A stretch of DNA of 64,000 nucleotides from assembly GCA_943787465.1 (NCBI GenBank), contig CALSMN010000008.1, positions 84-64,083 of the forward strand, read 5' to 3'. Below the pieces are notes generated by a model. That model had not been told where the DNA came from, made no database searches, and saw only the letters and a list, made by a program, of their open reading frames with translations. Origin of the DNA: an uncultured Bacteroidia bacterium. GTDB taxonomy: Bacteria > Bacteroidota > Bacteroidia > NS11-12g > UBA9320. Position 1 is the stretch's first letter. Every line of letters begins with the position of its first letter. The position numbers and the translations under genes are program-made. Below are positions 31,127-41,472 of the stretch, piece by piece.

Positions 31127-34100
31127 TTAAAATGTGATATTTAATCCTCCCCCAATAGAGATATTATTTGGATAGAATCCTTTATCAATTCCAGTGTCTA
31201 AAATCCATCCATTGGTTCCAATGTCTGGATCAAACCCACGATAGTTTGTTAATGTAAAAAGATTTGTACCAGTAAGGTAGATCTTAAGGTTCTGAACTTT
31301 TGCTTTTTCTAACCACTCTTTGGGCACATTCCATCCAAATTGAAGATTTCTTAATCGAAGGAATGTCCCATCTTCCACATAAAAATCGGATGGACGTTGA
31401 TTACCATTAAGGTCAGATGAAGTTAATCTTGGGAGTTCTGAAGATGGATTTTCTTCTGTCCATCGATCCAACCAGAATGTTTGATAGTTTCCAAAGGTGA
31501 TATCAGATCGTTCGTAAGTTCTATAAATCTGATGACCAATTTGGGAATTAAATACTGTACTGAGGAAAAATCCTTTATAATCAAAATTAAGACTTAAACC
31601 AATGATATGCTTTGGCCATGGATTGCCTATATCTCCTAAATCGTCAGTATTGATAACACCATCTCCATTTCTATCTACAAACTTGATATCCCCGGGCTTA
31701 GCTTTGGGCTGTAGTTTAGTACCTTCACTATTTACATAGTTGTCAATTTCTTCAGTTGTTTGAAAAATGCCATCGGTAGTATACCCAATAAAATGTCCAA
31801 CTGAATACCCTTCAGACATTCTTGTAATTGGCGTATTTCGAACAGGCCAAGACCATCCATTTAGGTACCCTGCATCTCCCGCAACTTGAATAACTTCATT
31901 TCTGAAATGGGTATAGTTCAAGTTAGTATTAATTTTGATTGCTCGAAATCTGGTTTGGTATCCTATAGAGGCTTCTATCCCTCGGTTTCTTATTTCACCA
32001 AGATTTGATATAGGATTATTGGTAGCACCAATATATCCAGGTATATTTTGCTCCATCAAAAGGTCTCTAGTCTTTTTCTGATAAATATCAAGTTCTAAAG
32101 AAAGTTTGTTGTTAAACATACTCATTTCCACACCAAAATCTAGTTGCTCACTCTCTTCCCATTTTACATTTGGATTGGGAGGTCCGGCTAAAGCAGTCCC
32201 TGTATTTAGTGCTTGATTTGAAGTGCCAAAAGCATAGGTGTATATATTTTGAACACGTGTAACATAACTTAAAGGCGAAATACGGTCAGAACCGTTAATA
32301 CCCCAAGAAGCTCTTAATTTTAAAAAACTAATATGATTTGAATTGAAGAAGTCTTCTTTATCTACAACCCAACCTAATGCAGCTGAAGGAAAGACACCAA
32401 AACGATTATTTTCTCCAAAGTTAGACGACCCATCTCTTCGTACAGTTGCTGTGAATAGGTATTTTTCATCAAAGTTGTATATTATTCTTCCAAATGTACT
32501 GATAAGGAAGTAGTCGACATTTGCGGATCCATATGCAAGATCCAAGGTGTCTTGACCTGCATCTAAATAATGGAAATTGGGATTGAATGCTGCATCAGCA
32601 GGAATATTTGAGGTAGATCCACCCAACTGTCTAAATTGGTTGTGTCTATACGTAGTTCCTAGTAAGACATCAAAATTATGTTTTTCGTTTAAAGTCGTAT
32701 TGTAATTGATGGTATTTTCCCACTGTATTCCTTGAAAATTTCCAGAACCTTGCGATACATCATTGGTTAAGTTCATTGCTGATGGGTGCAAGTTGTATGA
32801 AGGAGTGAAAGTTCTGAAATCGTACCAATTGGCATCAATACCTAAATCTGATTTCATTGTTAAGCCAGGTAATGGGTTTATTTCTAAATAGATGTTTCCT
32901 AAAATTTGATCCGATTTGCCATCGCCATTTATCAAAAATAGACGACTCATTGGGTTGATATATTCTTTCTGAACCCAAGGAGATTGAGCAAAACCAAATT
33001 GAGCATCAGGGTCTAGAACTGGTGTGATAGGATCGTATGCAAAAGCGTCACTTTGTATGCCTCCAAAAGCATTATTAGTTCCAATATTATTATTAATGGT
33101 TCTGTTCAGATATAAACTATTGCCTACTGTAATGTAATCTTTAATTTTTTTTGTCGAATTTACTCGAAAAGCATATCGTTTGTAATTGGATTTTTCGCCT
33201 CCAATTACGCCATTTTGATCCCAATAATCTAGAGAAATGTAGGAGTTTTTGAGTGAGGCAGTAACTCTGTGGTTTATCATACTAGCAGGATTGAATATTT
33301 CTTCCATCCAATTAGTATTATGTATGAGTGGATCACCTACTTCAGGAAATCCAAGTCGGTTTAGCGCAACCTCTTGTCTTGCATTTCTATATTTTTCACG
33401 AGTAAGCATAACATAATCTTCCGAACCAAGCATTTCAGGTAATCTCCATGGTTGAGAATTCAAGTAACTCATACCGTAAGTAAACGTTCCTGCTTCAGCA
33501 TTACTGCCACTTTTAGTAGTTATTATAACTACTCCATTTGCAGCTCTAGCACCATAAATTGCTCCAGAAGCTGCATCTTTGAGAACATCGATGGATTCAA
33601 CATCATTGGGGTTAATATTATCAATATTACCTACCTGAATACCATCTACAATATATAGCGGTGAGTTATCACCATTAGTACTGACACCTCGTATGAGTAA
33701 TGATTTACTTGCTCCAGGTTGACCGCTAGATTCGTTTATTATAATACCGGCCATTTGGCCTTCCATAGTAGAAGCCACATCAGGAAGAGCAATGCCCTCT
33801 AATTGTTTAGATTCAATTTTAGAAACGGAACCAGTAGATACTTTCTTTTTTTGTCTACCATATCCCACGACTACAAGTTCATCAAATTGATTTAATATTT
33901 CGGAGATAGATATTTTAATGGTATTATATGAGTTTATGGTTACCGTTTTTTTAGAGTAACCAACATAGGTTACGTCAATTTTGACGGGCAGTTTTTGAAC
34001 AGTAAGTGTAAAATTTCCATTTTCATCAGTAATTGCTCCGATCGATGTGCCAACTATTTGAACACTTGCTCCGAGTAATACTTCTCCAGACTCATTATCT

Positions 34101-34213
34101 ACTATCTGACCTTGAATATTTCCAGTTTGTCCATAAGAAAAAATGGGTATAAATGCCAAGATAAGTAGAATAATTTTAAAAGGTCTTTGTAAATAGCTTG
34201 TAAAAACATTCAT
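31127..34213 (-). CDS. SusC/RagA TonB-dependent transporter (SusC1)
   Basis: CarboxypepD-like N-terminus, VVVGYG, LKDAASGAIYGARAANGVVIITTK, RRDGSSNFG, C-terminal F. Confidence 0.96.
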   Translation of the reverse strand: MNVFTSYLQRPFKIILLILAFIPIFSYGQTGNIQGQIVDNESGEVLLGASVQIVGTSIGAITDENGNFTLTVQKLPVKIDVTYVGYSKKTVTINSYNTIKISISEILNQFDELVVVGYGRQKKKVSTGSVSKIESKQLEGIALPDVASTMEGQMAGIIINESSGQPGASKSLLIRGVSTNGDNSPLYIVDGIQVGNIDNINPNDVESIDVLKDAASGAIYGARAANGVVIITTKSGSNAEAGTFTYGMSYLNSQPWRLPEMLGSEDYVMLTREKYRNARQEVALNRLGFPEVGDPLIHNTNWMEEIFNPASMINHRVTASLKNSYISLDYWDQNGVIGGEKSNYKRYAFRVNSTKKIKDYITVGNSLYLNRTINNNIGTNNAFGGIQSDAFAYDPITPVLDPDAQFGFAQSPWVQKEYINPMSRLFLINGDGKSDQILGNIYLEINPLPGLTMKSDLGIDANWYDFRTFTPSYNLHPSAMNLTNDVSQGSGNFQGIQWENTINYNTTLNEKHNFDVLLGTTYRHNQFRQLGGSTSNIPADAAFNPNFHYLDAGQDTLDLAYGSANVDYFLISTFGRIIYNFDEKYLFTATVRRDGSSNFGENNRFGVFPSAALGWVVDKEDFFNSNHISFLKLRASWGINGSDRISPLSYVTRVQNIYTYAFGTSNQALNTGTALAGPPNPNVKWEESEQLDFGVEMSMFNNKLSLELDIYQKKTRDLLMEQNIPGYIGATNNPISNLGEIRNRGIEASIGYQTRFRAIKINTNLNYTHFRNEVIQVAGDAGYLNGWSWPVRNTPITRMSEGYSVGHFIGYTTDGIFQTTEEIDNYVNSEGTKLQPKAKPGDIKFVDRNGDGVINTDDLGDIGNPWPKHIIGLSLNFDYKGFFLSTVFNSQIGHQIYRTYERSDITFGNYQTFWLDRWTEENPSSELPRLTSSDLNGNQRPSDFYVEDGTFLRLRNLQFGWNVPKEWLEKAKVQNLKIYLTGTNLFTLTNYRGFDPDIGTNGWILDTGIDKGFYPNNISIGGGLNITF

Positions 34214-34266
34214 AAATTTTCAGGTTATTTGGGTTGAATTAATTTTTGATAAAAAAGGTTCAATAA

Positions 34267-34314
34267 GGACCAAAAAAAAGATTTTCATAACAATGAAAAT
34301 CTTTTTTTTGGTCC
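34267..34314 (-). terminator. Perfect 22-bp stem-loop between the T9SS tandem-domain gene and susC1
   Basis: GGACCAAAAAAAAGATTTTCAT-AACA-ATGAAAATCTTTTTTTTGGTCC. Confidence 0.7.
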
Positions 34315-34330
34315 ATTCAGCTATCGATGA

Positions 34331-35623
34331 TTAATCTAATATTAATCGTTTAACAGAAGTTTTATTGTCAGTCATAACCTGAACCATATAAATTCCTCTA
34401 TTTAATGAGGATACATTAACCGTTTGATTGGAGGTGATTTCTGAGGAAGTGTATACAATTTTTCCAGTTATATCCAAGATAGTAACATTTGTCAACCGCT
34501 CATCAGAAGTGACATTGATTTCATTTGTAGCTGGATTTGGATAAACGTTAAATAAATTTCTATCAACGGTTTTAACGCTTCCTTGATCTGCTTCTTTGTT
34601 AAAAACAAAATGCCAGAATCCTCCACCAAAATTGATGTCAATAGTCATGGTCATTCCATCATTAGAAAATGCAACAGGGTAAGAGATAGATGCAACAGCA
34701 TCAGCAGGATTAGTAAGTTCGCCATTGTTGTGAACTTTAGCTAAACCTAAATAAGCGCCAGTACCTTCGATAGTTACTTCGCTAGTTGATTCATCAAAAG
34801 ACCACGTAGCAATAGCAGATCCATCGTGAGGAGCTACTGGTGTTGCACAGCCTTCAGCTGCAGCACCTTGCCAAGTTTCGATCCAAGTTTGATCTCCAAC
34901 AACATTTTCAAAAGATCCATCAGCGTTGAAAACGTATTCGTCATCGAAAAGGCAAGCTCTCGTAGTTACATCAGCTTCGGTGTTAGACCACCAGCCGAAA
35001 TCTCCTTCAGTAGGACCCACTGCTAAAGCTTGAGCAACTGGAGCAAGCTTCCAAGTTCCGTCTACTGAACCAGTTTCTTGTGCTGCTTCTTTGTTAAATA
35101 CAAAATGCCAGAATCCTCCACCAAAATTGATGTCAATAGTCATGGTCATTCCATCATTAGAAAATGCAACAGGGTAAGAGATAGATGCAACAGCATCAGC
35201 AGGATTAGTAAGTTCGCCATTGTTGTGAACTTTAGCTAAACCTAAATAAGCGCCAGCACCTTCGATAGTTACTTCGCTAGTTGATTCATCAAAAGACCAC
35301 GTAGCAATAGCAGATCCATCGTGAGGAGCTACTGGTGTTGCACAGCCTTCAGCTGCAGCACCTTGCCAAGTTTCGATCCAAGTTTGATCTCCAACAACAT
35401 TTTCAAAAGATCCATCAGCGTTGAAAACGTATTCGTCATCAAAAAGGCAAGCTCTCGTAGTTACATCAGCTTCGGTGTTAGACCACCAGCCGAAATCTCC
35501 TTCAGTAGGGCCTACTGCTAAAGCTTGAGCAACTGGAGCAAGTTTCCAAGTTCCTTCAACCTGACCAAAAGCAGTAGAAAAAGAAACTGTTGCTAATAAA
35601 AATAATAAGTAAATTTTTTTCAT
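34331..35623 (-). CDS. T9SS type-A cargo with two near-identical putative beta-glucan-binding domains and no catalytic domain
   Basis: Signal peptide, 2 x ~158-aa domain (WKLAP..ALAVGP...GWWS...RACLFDDEYVF...FWHFVF), CTD VYPNPA...LNRGIYMVQV...KRLIL. Confidence 0.85.
   Translation of the reverse strand: MKKIYLLFLLATVSFSTAFGQVEGTWKLAPVAQALAVGPTEGDFGWWSNTEADVTTRACLFDDEYVFNADGSFENVVGDQTWIETWQGAAAEGCATPVAPHDGSAIATWSFDESTSEVTIEGAGAYLGLAKVHNNGELTNPADAVASISYPVAFSNDGMTMTIDINFGGGFWHFVFNKEAAQETGSVDGTWKLAPVAQALAVGPTEGDFGWWSNTEADVTTRACLFDDEYVFNADGSFENVVGDQTWIETWQGAAAEGCATPVAPHDGSAIATWSFDESTSEVTIEGTGAYLGLAKVHNNGELTNPADAVASISYPVAFSNDGMTMTIDINFGGGFWHFVFNKEADQGSVKTVDRNLFNVYPNPATNEINVTSDERLTNVTILDITGKIVYTSSEITSNQTVNVSSLNRGIYMVQVMTDNKTSVKRLILD
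34588..35554. repeat. Intragenic tandem duplication: two 472-bp copies with a 495-bp period
   Basis: Copies 34588-35059 and 35083-35554; about 6 substitutions by eye, only one non-synonymous (EGAG/EGTG). Confidence 0.95.
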
Positions 35624-35645
35624 GTGTTTATGTATTTTAATTGTT

Positions 35646-35686
35646 CAAAGCTAAATAAAAAACTTTAAGTAAAAAATACTATAAGT
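35646..35686. promoter_or_regulatory. Minus-strand -7 element (TAGCTTTG) plus NrtR-type operator in the divergent promoter region
   Basis: ACTTTAAGT-AAAAAAT-ACTATAAGT at 35662-35686 (GT-N7-AC core, imperfect palindrome), next to CAAAGCTA at 35646-35653. Confidence 0.7.
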
Positions 35687-35733
35687 TATTTTTTCGATTA
35701 ATTTTGAATTGATATTATTAACAAATTATCAGG

Positions 35734-36459
35734 ATGAATTCGCCAAGCAATTTCTTTATTTCCGAAAATAATGTGCCGTTTATCGACTACTTCAAGTTTG
35801 GTATATCGGTAGATTGTGTCATTTTTGGATACAGCAAAGGAAGAGTTCGCATATTGTTAATTGAACGTGATGCTGATCCATTCAAAAACAGTTGGGCTTT
35901 ACCGGGAGATCTAGTCTCCTTAAATTCCAATTTGGATGATGCAGCTAATGATGTGCTAAAAAATTTAACGGGTATAGACAATATTTTCATGGAACAGTTC
36001 TATTCATTTGGTGAAATGGACCGTCATCCTGCAGGAAGAGTAGTTACCGTAGGTTATTATTCTCTTGTAGAAAATAAAAATTATAATCCAGTTGCTTCTT
36101 CTTGGGCAAAATCAATACAATGGTTTGATATATACAATTTGCCTGAATTAGCTTTTGATCATAAAAAAATAGTTATGCGCGGTATTCAAACATTGAAACG
36201 AAGGGTGAGATATCGTCCTGTGGGTTTTGAATTATTGCCAGTAAAATTTACACTAACTGAATTGCAAGATTTATACGAGGCATTACTTGACTCCAAGTTT
36301 GATAAACCCAACTTTAGAAAGAAAATATTAAGTATGGATCTATTGATACCTTTGAATGAAACTCAAGGAAATGTCTCACATAGACCAGCAAAACTGTATA
36401 AATTTGACGAAAAAAGATACGAACTCCTCAAAGATGATGGATTTGTTTTTGATATCTAG
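35734..36459 (+). CDS. NrtR/AraR-family transcriptional regulator (degenerate Nudix domain + winged HTH)
   Basis: SVDCVIFGY, WALPG, EQFYSFG..DRHP.GRVVTVGY, LAFDH, FTLTELQDLYE, DKPNFRKKI, HRPAKLY. The Nudix-box glutamates are absent. Confidence 0.9.
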   Translation: MNSPSNFFISENNVPFIDYFKFGISVDCVIFGYSKGRVRILLIERDADPFKNSWALPGDLVSLNSNLDDAANDVLKNLTGIDNIFMEQFYSFGEMDRHPAGRVVTVGYYSLVENKNYNPVASSWAKSIQWFDIYNLPELAFDHKKIVMRGIQTLKRRVRYRPVGFELLPVKFTLTELQDLYEALLDSKFDKPNFRKKILSMDLLIPLNETQGNVSHRPAKLYKFDEKRYELLKDDGFVFDI

Positions 36460-36482
36460 AAATAAAATTAACAAAAAAACCT

Positions 36483-38069
36483 ATGCAAATACTGTCATTT
36501 ATAAGCTTCACCCTATTGGTAGCTATCATATCCTATTACAAGAGCAGAAAAAATGATGAAAATACATCTGATGGATATTTCCTAGGGGGTAGAAGTCTTA
36601 CAGGTATTGTCATTGCAGGTTCATTGTTACTCACTAATTTGTCTACCGAACAAATTGTAGGTTTAAATGGTGCAGCATTCAAAGAAGGAATTTTAGTAAT
36701 GGCATGGGAAACGCTTGCAGCTATAGCGATGGTCATTACGGCTTTTTTCTTATTGCCCCGATATCTTAAAGGTGGTATTACTACGGTACCTCAGTTTCTG
36801 GAACGTAGATATGATAAAATGACACGGACTATTGCATCAGGATTGTTTTTGACTGGGTATGCTGTCATTTTGCTTCCCATCGTGCTTTATTCTGGCGCAC
36901 TTGCTATCAATTCCATGTTTGATTTTCCTGAATTAATGGGTGTATCTAAAGACAGTGCGCTATGGATTACCGTCTGGGCCATAGGTATTATTGGAGCAAT
37001 ATATGCCATTTTTGGTGGGTTAAAGGCTGTGGCTGTATCGGACACCATTAATGCTATTGGGCTTTTGATAGGTGGTTTAATGATACCTGTTTTTGGTCTA
37101 TTAGCTGTAGGTAAAGGAAATATGTTAACTGGAATACATACATTAGTTGAGTCTAATCCAGATAAGTTTGTTTCTGTTGGTGGTCCAGAATCATCTATTC
37201 CGTTTGGTACTATTTTTACAGGAATGATGTTAGTTCAATTATTCTATTGGGGAACCAATCAAGCCATCATTCAGCGTGCCTTGGGCGCTAAGGATTTAAG
37301 AGAAGGCCAAAAAGGATTACTGTATGCTGCGGTTTTAAAAATTTTAGGTCCTCTTATTGTTGTTTTGCCCGGAATTATTGCTTTTCATATGTTTGGAAAT
37401 TCATTAATAAATCCAGATGAAGCATACCCACTCTTAGTAAAAAGTGTATTGCCTACTGTTTTGGTTGGTTTTTTTGCGGCGGTATTATTCGGTGCTATTC
37501 TGAGTTCGTTTAACTCTGCTCTTAATAGTTCGGTGACACTTTTTGGATTAGACATCTACAAAGAATATATCAATAAAGAAGCGAATGAAAAGACAACCGT
37601 AAAGGCAGGTAAATTATTTGGAACGATACTCGCTATTATTTCTATGTGTATTGCTCCGCTGCTGATTCATGCTTCAGATGGATTATTTGCATATTTACAA
37701 GAGGTAAATGGTATTTATAGTATTCCTATTCTAACGATTATTGTTGTTGGATATTCGACTAAATTTGTCCCTGCAATAGCTGCAAAAATTGGTATAATAT
37801 CCGGGTCTATTCTTTATGTTATTAGCCAGTTTATTATCAAGCCCTACGTGATAGGTGCAAATGACTATCCTCATTTTTTACATATCATGGCCATTTTATT
37901 TGTATTGAATGTAATGATCATGCTAATTATAGGTAAGCTATATCCTCGTGAAATAGAATACACTCAAAAATACACCGAGCAAGTTGATATCAGACCATGG
38001 AAGTATGCTTTAGTTACGGGAGTTGTGATATGCGTTGTTGTCATTTCTAGTTTTATTTATTTTTCTTAA
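36483..38069 (+). CDS. Sodium:solute symporter (SSS, sugar transporter type)
   Basis: GYFLGGRSL, LTNLSTEQIVG, YWGTNQAIIQRALGA, LSSFNSALNS; many TM helices. Confidence 0.92.
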   Translation: MQILSFISFTLLVAIISYYKSRKNDENTSDGYFLGGRSLTGIVIAGSLLLTNLSTEQIVGLNGAAFKEGILVMAWETLAAIAMVITAFFLLPRYLKGGITTVPQFLERRYDKMTRTIASGLFLTGYAVILLPIVLYSGALAINSMFDFPELMGVSKDSALWITVWAIGIIGAIYAIFGGLKAVAVSDTINAIGLLIGGLMIPVFGLLAVGKGNMLTGIHTLVESNPDKFVSVGGPESSIPFGTIFTGMMLVQLFYWGTNQAIIQRALGAKDLREGQKGLLYAAVLKILGPLIVVLPGIIAFHMFGNSLINPDEAYPLLVKSVLPTVLVGFFAAVLFGAILSSFNSALNSSVTLFGLDIYKEYINKEANEKTTVKAGKLFGTILAIISMCIAPLLIHASDGLFAYLQEVNGIYSIPILTIIVVGYSTKFVPAIAAKIGIISGSILYVISQFIIKPYVIGANDYPHFLHIMAILFVLNVMIMLIIGKLYPREIEYTQKYTEQVDIRPWKYALVTGVVICVVVISSFIYFS

Positions 38070-38085
38070 ATTTAATTTTTTTTTC

Positions 38086-40326
38086 ATGAAATCATTTTCA
38101 AAATTAATTCTACTATTTTCCTTCATTATTTTGACAGGATTCAATTTTCCTATATGTAAGGACAATCCAACCCACGATATTGATAAACTAATAAAAAAAA
38201 TGACCCTAAAACAAAAAGTGGGTCAAATGACACAACTCAATCTAGACGTAATCTCAGTTGGAGAAATTTTTAACCTCAAAGAACCACATCAATTGGATTC
38301 TGCAAAACTTCGAAAGGCACTTGTTGAATATGGCGTGGGCAGTATACTAAATGTTGGGGGACATGCTTACAGCCTTGAGCATTGGAACTCTATTATTAAA
38401 GAAATTCAATCTGTTGCTACCAAAGAAACTAATTTAAGGATACCTGTTTTGTACGGAATAGACGCAATTCATGGTGCTAATTATCTGTTAAATGGTACTT
38501 TATTCCCACAACCACTAGCCCAAGCAGCCACTTTTAATCCGGTTATGGTAGAAAAAGCAGCACAAATGACGGCCTATGAAACGCGTGCCTCTGGAATTCC
38601 ATGGAATTTTTCACCTGTACTAGATGTGGCTCGTCAACCGCTCTGGAGTAGAGTATTCGAAACATATGGTGAGGATGTCTATGTGTGTAAAAGAATGGGA
38701 GTTGCGACTATACAAGGATATCAAGGTAAAGACGCTTCTGATCCATATAGAGTGTCTAGTTGTATGAAACATTTTCTAGGATATAGTTGGTCATTTACCG
38801 GTAAGGACAGAACCTCTTCCTATATTCCAGACATTCAACTAAGAGAATATTTTCTGCCTACTTTTGAGGCAGCCATTGATGCAGGCTCTCTTAGTGTAAT
38901 GATTAATTCAGGTGACGTTAATGGTATTCCAGTACATGCTAACAAATCCCTTCTTACTGATTTGTTGCGCAATGAGTTGGGTTTCGATGGAGTAGCAGTA
39001 ACAGATTGGGAAGATATTATCAAATTATATCAATTTCATAAAGTGGCATCTTCTTTAAAAGAGGCTGTTAAAATGGCAATCAATGCAGGTATAGATATGA
39101 GTATGGTACCTAACGATTATCAATTTTCAGATTTATTATTGGAGCTTGTTGAAGAGGGTGAAGTTCCAATGGAACGTATTGATGAGTCCGTAAAAAGAAT
39201 TTTATTAATGAAAAAACGCTTAGGCTTATTTGATAATCCATTTACTCCAGATAGCCACTCCTATCCTTTGGTTGCATCGGATAGTTTTTCAAATCACAGT
39301 TATAAAATAGCTTCAGAGGCAATTACACTGCTAAAAAATAATGACCAAGTTCTTCCTTTATCTAACGATCAAAAAATATTTTGTACAGGACCAATGGCTC
39401 ATTCGTTAACTATGATAAATGGATCCTGGTCGAGAACTTGGCAGGGTACTGATCCTGTATGGGATGATCAGTCAAAAAATACGATATTAGAAGCACTTCG
39501 TACTAATTTCTCTAATGTATCTTTTGAGCAAGGTTGTGATTTTGATAGTTTTCAGAATATAGAAGCCGCTATTCAAAAAGCTAAAAATTCAGATATTATA
39601 CTCGCCTGTATGGGGGAGTATCCTTCTACAGAAAAACCTGGGGATATACATTCACTTGAAATGGAGCGTGCCCAACTGGACTATATCAAGGAATTATCAA
39701 CTCTTGGAAAACCAATTATTCTAGTCTTAGTTCAGAATAGAACCCGTATTATTCGAGAAATTGAACCCTTATGTTCAGCCATCATTATGGCATATCAACC
39801 TTCTGAAAATGGCTCTTTAGCAGTTGCTGATATCTTAAATGGTAAAGTGAATCCCAGTGGTAAATTACCAGTAACCTATCCAAGAAATGTGAATTCTTTA
39901 CTGTTGTATGATCATCGATATACGGATGAACTCAATATAGATTTTGGTCTTGAAGCATTTAATCCACAATATGAATTTGGCCATGGTTTGAGTTATACAA
40001 ACTTTAACTATTCGGATTTAAATGTAAATGTAGATTCAACCAAACAACAAATACATATTCAAGTAAAAGTCACAAATACAGGAACCCTTGATGGTAAAGA
40101 AACTGTTCTTGCTTTTGTTTCGGATAACACAGCAAGTGTAGCTCCATCTGTCAAGCGTTTGCGTTATTTTGAGAAATCAATGATCTCCTCTGGAGAAACT
40201 AAATTACTTGATTTTTCAATTGATTGGTCTGATTTAGCCTTTGTGAATGCTAATGGGAAATGGATCAGAGAAAAAGGAAGTTACACCATAACTATTGGTA
40301 GTTTAACTCAAAATATTTACTTCTAA
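38086..40326 (+). CDS. Glycoside hydrolase family 3 beta-glucosidase, exported
   Basis: MTLKQKVGQM, DAIHG, WNFSPVLD, ETYGED, CMKHF, VTDW nucleophile region, SGKLPVTYP, FGHGLSYT, Fn3-like tail. Start at ATG 38086 (MKSFSK signal peptide). Confidence 0.95.
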   Translation: MKSFSKLILLFSFIILTGFNFPICKDNPTHDIDKLIKKMTLKQKVGQMTQLNLDVISVGEIFNLKEPHQLDSAKLRKALVEYGVGSILNVGGHAYSLEHWNSIIKEIQSVATKETNLRIPVLYGIDAIHGANYLLNGTLFPQPLAQAATFNPVMVEKAAQMTAYETRASGIPWNFSPVLDVARQPLWSRVFETYGEDVYVCKRMGVATIQGYQGKDASDPYRVSSCMKHFLGYSWSFTGKDRTSSYIPDIQLREYFLPTFEAAIDAGSLSVMINSGDVNGIPVHANKSLLTDLLRNELGFDGVAVTDWEDIIKLYQFHKVASSLKEAVKMAINAGIDMSMVPNDYQFSDLLLELVEEGEVPMERIDESVKRILLMKKRLGLFDNPFTPDSHSYPLVASDSFSNHSYKIASEAITLLKNNDQVLPLSNDQKIFCTGPMAHSLTMINGSWSRTWQGTDPVWDDQSKNTILEALRTNFSNVSFEQGCDFDSFQNIEAAIQKAKNSDIILACMGEYPSTEKPGDIHSLEMERAQLDYIKELSTLGKPIILVLVQNRTRIIREIEPLCSAIIMAYQPSENGSLAVADILNGKVNPSGKLPVTYPRNVNSLLLYDHRYTDELNIDFGLEAFNPQYEFGHGLSYTNFNYSDLNVNVDSTKQQIHIQVKVTNTGTLDGKETVLAFVSDNTASVAPSVKRLRYFEKSMISSGETKLLDFSIDWSDLAFVNANGKWIREKGSYTITIGSLTQNIYF

Positions 40327-40338
40327 AAATATTGATTT

Positions 40339-41457
40339 TTATTGAAATACCCGGATATAGTCGACGTGTAACTTTTGAGGAAATTCAGTAGTCGTATCAG
40401 GTGAACCTGGCCAAATTCCTCCAACTGCTACGTTAAAAATGAAGAAGAATTTTTCATGAAATTCAGACATCTGACTTTGAGTAATTTCAATGGTGTTATA
40501 CAGTATATTATCTCTGTACCAACGGATTTTAGTTTCATCCCATACAATAGAGAATACGTGAAATTCTTTTGAGAAATCACTTCCAGATAAGTAATTACTG
40601 TTTCCATATTCAGCGTGTTCTCCATTATGTTCCCAATGCACAGTACCATGAACTCTGCTATCAGACTTTCCATTTTTACTACCTCCTACAAGCTCCATAA
40701 TGTCAATTTCTCCACATGCTGGCCACGAAACCTCATCTATAGCATCACCCAGCATCCAAAGTGCAGGCCATAGCCCCTGACCCTTTGGTAAAGCTGCTCT
40801 AATATCTACTCTACCATAGAGGAATGATTGCTTATTTTTAGTTGTAATTCTGGATGATGTGTATGAATGATTGCCAAAGTTTTGTTGTTTTGCAGTAATT
40901 GTCAAATAACCATTTTTAACTTCTAGATTTTCTTTGCGGTAATATTGTAATTCATTATTTCCCCACCCCCAATCACCATTACCAATCTCATAATTCCAAT
41001 CGTTTGGATTGAGTTGATTGCCCTCAAATTCATCTTGCCATACAAGCGTATATCCATCATAACTGAGTGGCGAAGTATATCCCTTAAGAGGCACACCATT
41101 GGTGTCCGTATTTGAAGATAAATTTATTGTGATAGTATCCAATTTTTCAATAAATATTTCAGGATTAAGGTGTGCACGAGTTCTTATAACAAATATGCCT
41201 GAGTTCTTATAGGTGTGTTCAGCATTTCCATTAATATCTTCAATTTTTTCACTATACGCTCCATCTTCAAAATAGATGGTAAAATAATTTTCGTCTGTTG
41301 CTGTGGCAGAAACAGAAACTAATCCCTCTAGACTGGGGGAGATTTTTATTTCAGTTTGAAGGTTTCTAGGTGGCTCAAGTTTAGCTTCAGGTTCTTCAAC
41401 GTTACAGGAAATTAAGGAATAGGATAGGAGTGTTATGCCAATTAATCGGATAATCAT
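40339..41457 (-). CDS. GH16 endo-beta-1,3-glucanase (laminarinase type), lipoprotein with PKD-like spacer
   Basis: Lipobox LISC, LVWQDEF, WGNNELQYY, YTSSRI, WPALWM, WPACGEIDIME catalytic motif, NVAVGG.WPG. Confidence 0.93.
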   Translation of the reverse strand: MIIRLIGITLLSYSLISCNVEEPEAKLEPPRNLQTEIKISPSLEGLVSVSATATDENYFTIYFEDGAYSEKIEDINGNAEHTYKNSGIFVIRTRAHLNPEIFIEKLDTITINLSSNTDTNGVPLKGYTSPLSYDGYTLVWQDEFEGNQLNPNDWNYEIGNGDWGWGNNELQYYRKENLEVKNGYLTITAKQQNFGNHSYTSSRITTKNKQSFLYGRVDIRAALPKGQGLWPALWMLGDAIDEVSWPACGEIDIMELVGGSKNGKSDSRVHGTVHWEHNGEHAEYGNSNYLSGSDFSKEFHVFSIVWDETKIRWYRDNILYNTIEITQSQMSEFHEKFFFIFNVAVGGIWPGSPDTTTEFPQKLHVDYIRVFQ

Positions 41458-41472
41458 AGATTTATTTTTAAA

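Noticed and set aside
34588-35554. The 495-bp repeat as a CRISPR array, mobile repeat or pure assembly duplication
   Set aside because: Only two long in-frame copies with no spacers; several mostly synonymous differences and a distinct linker argue for a real intragenic domain duplication.
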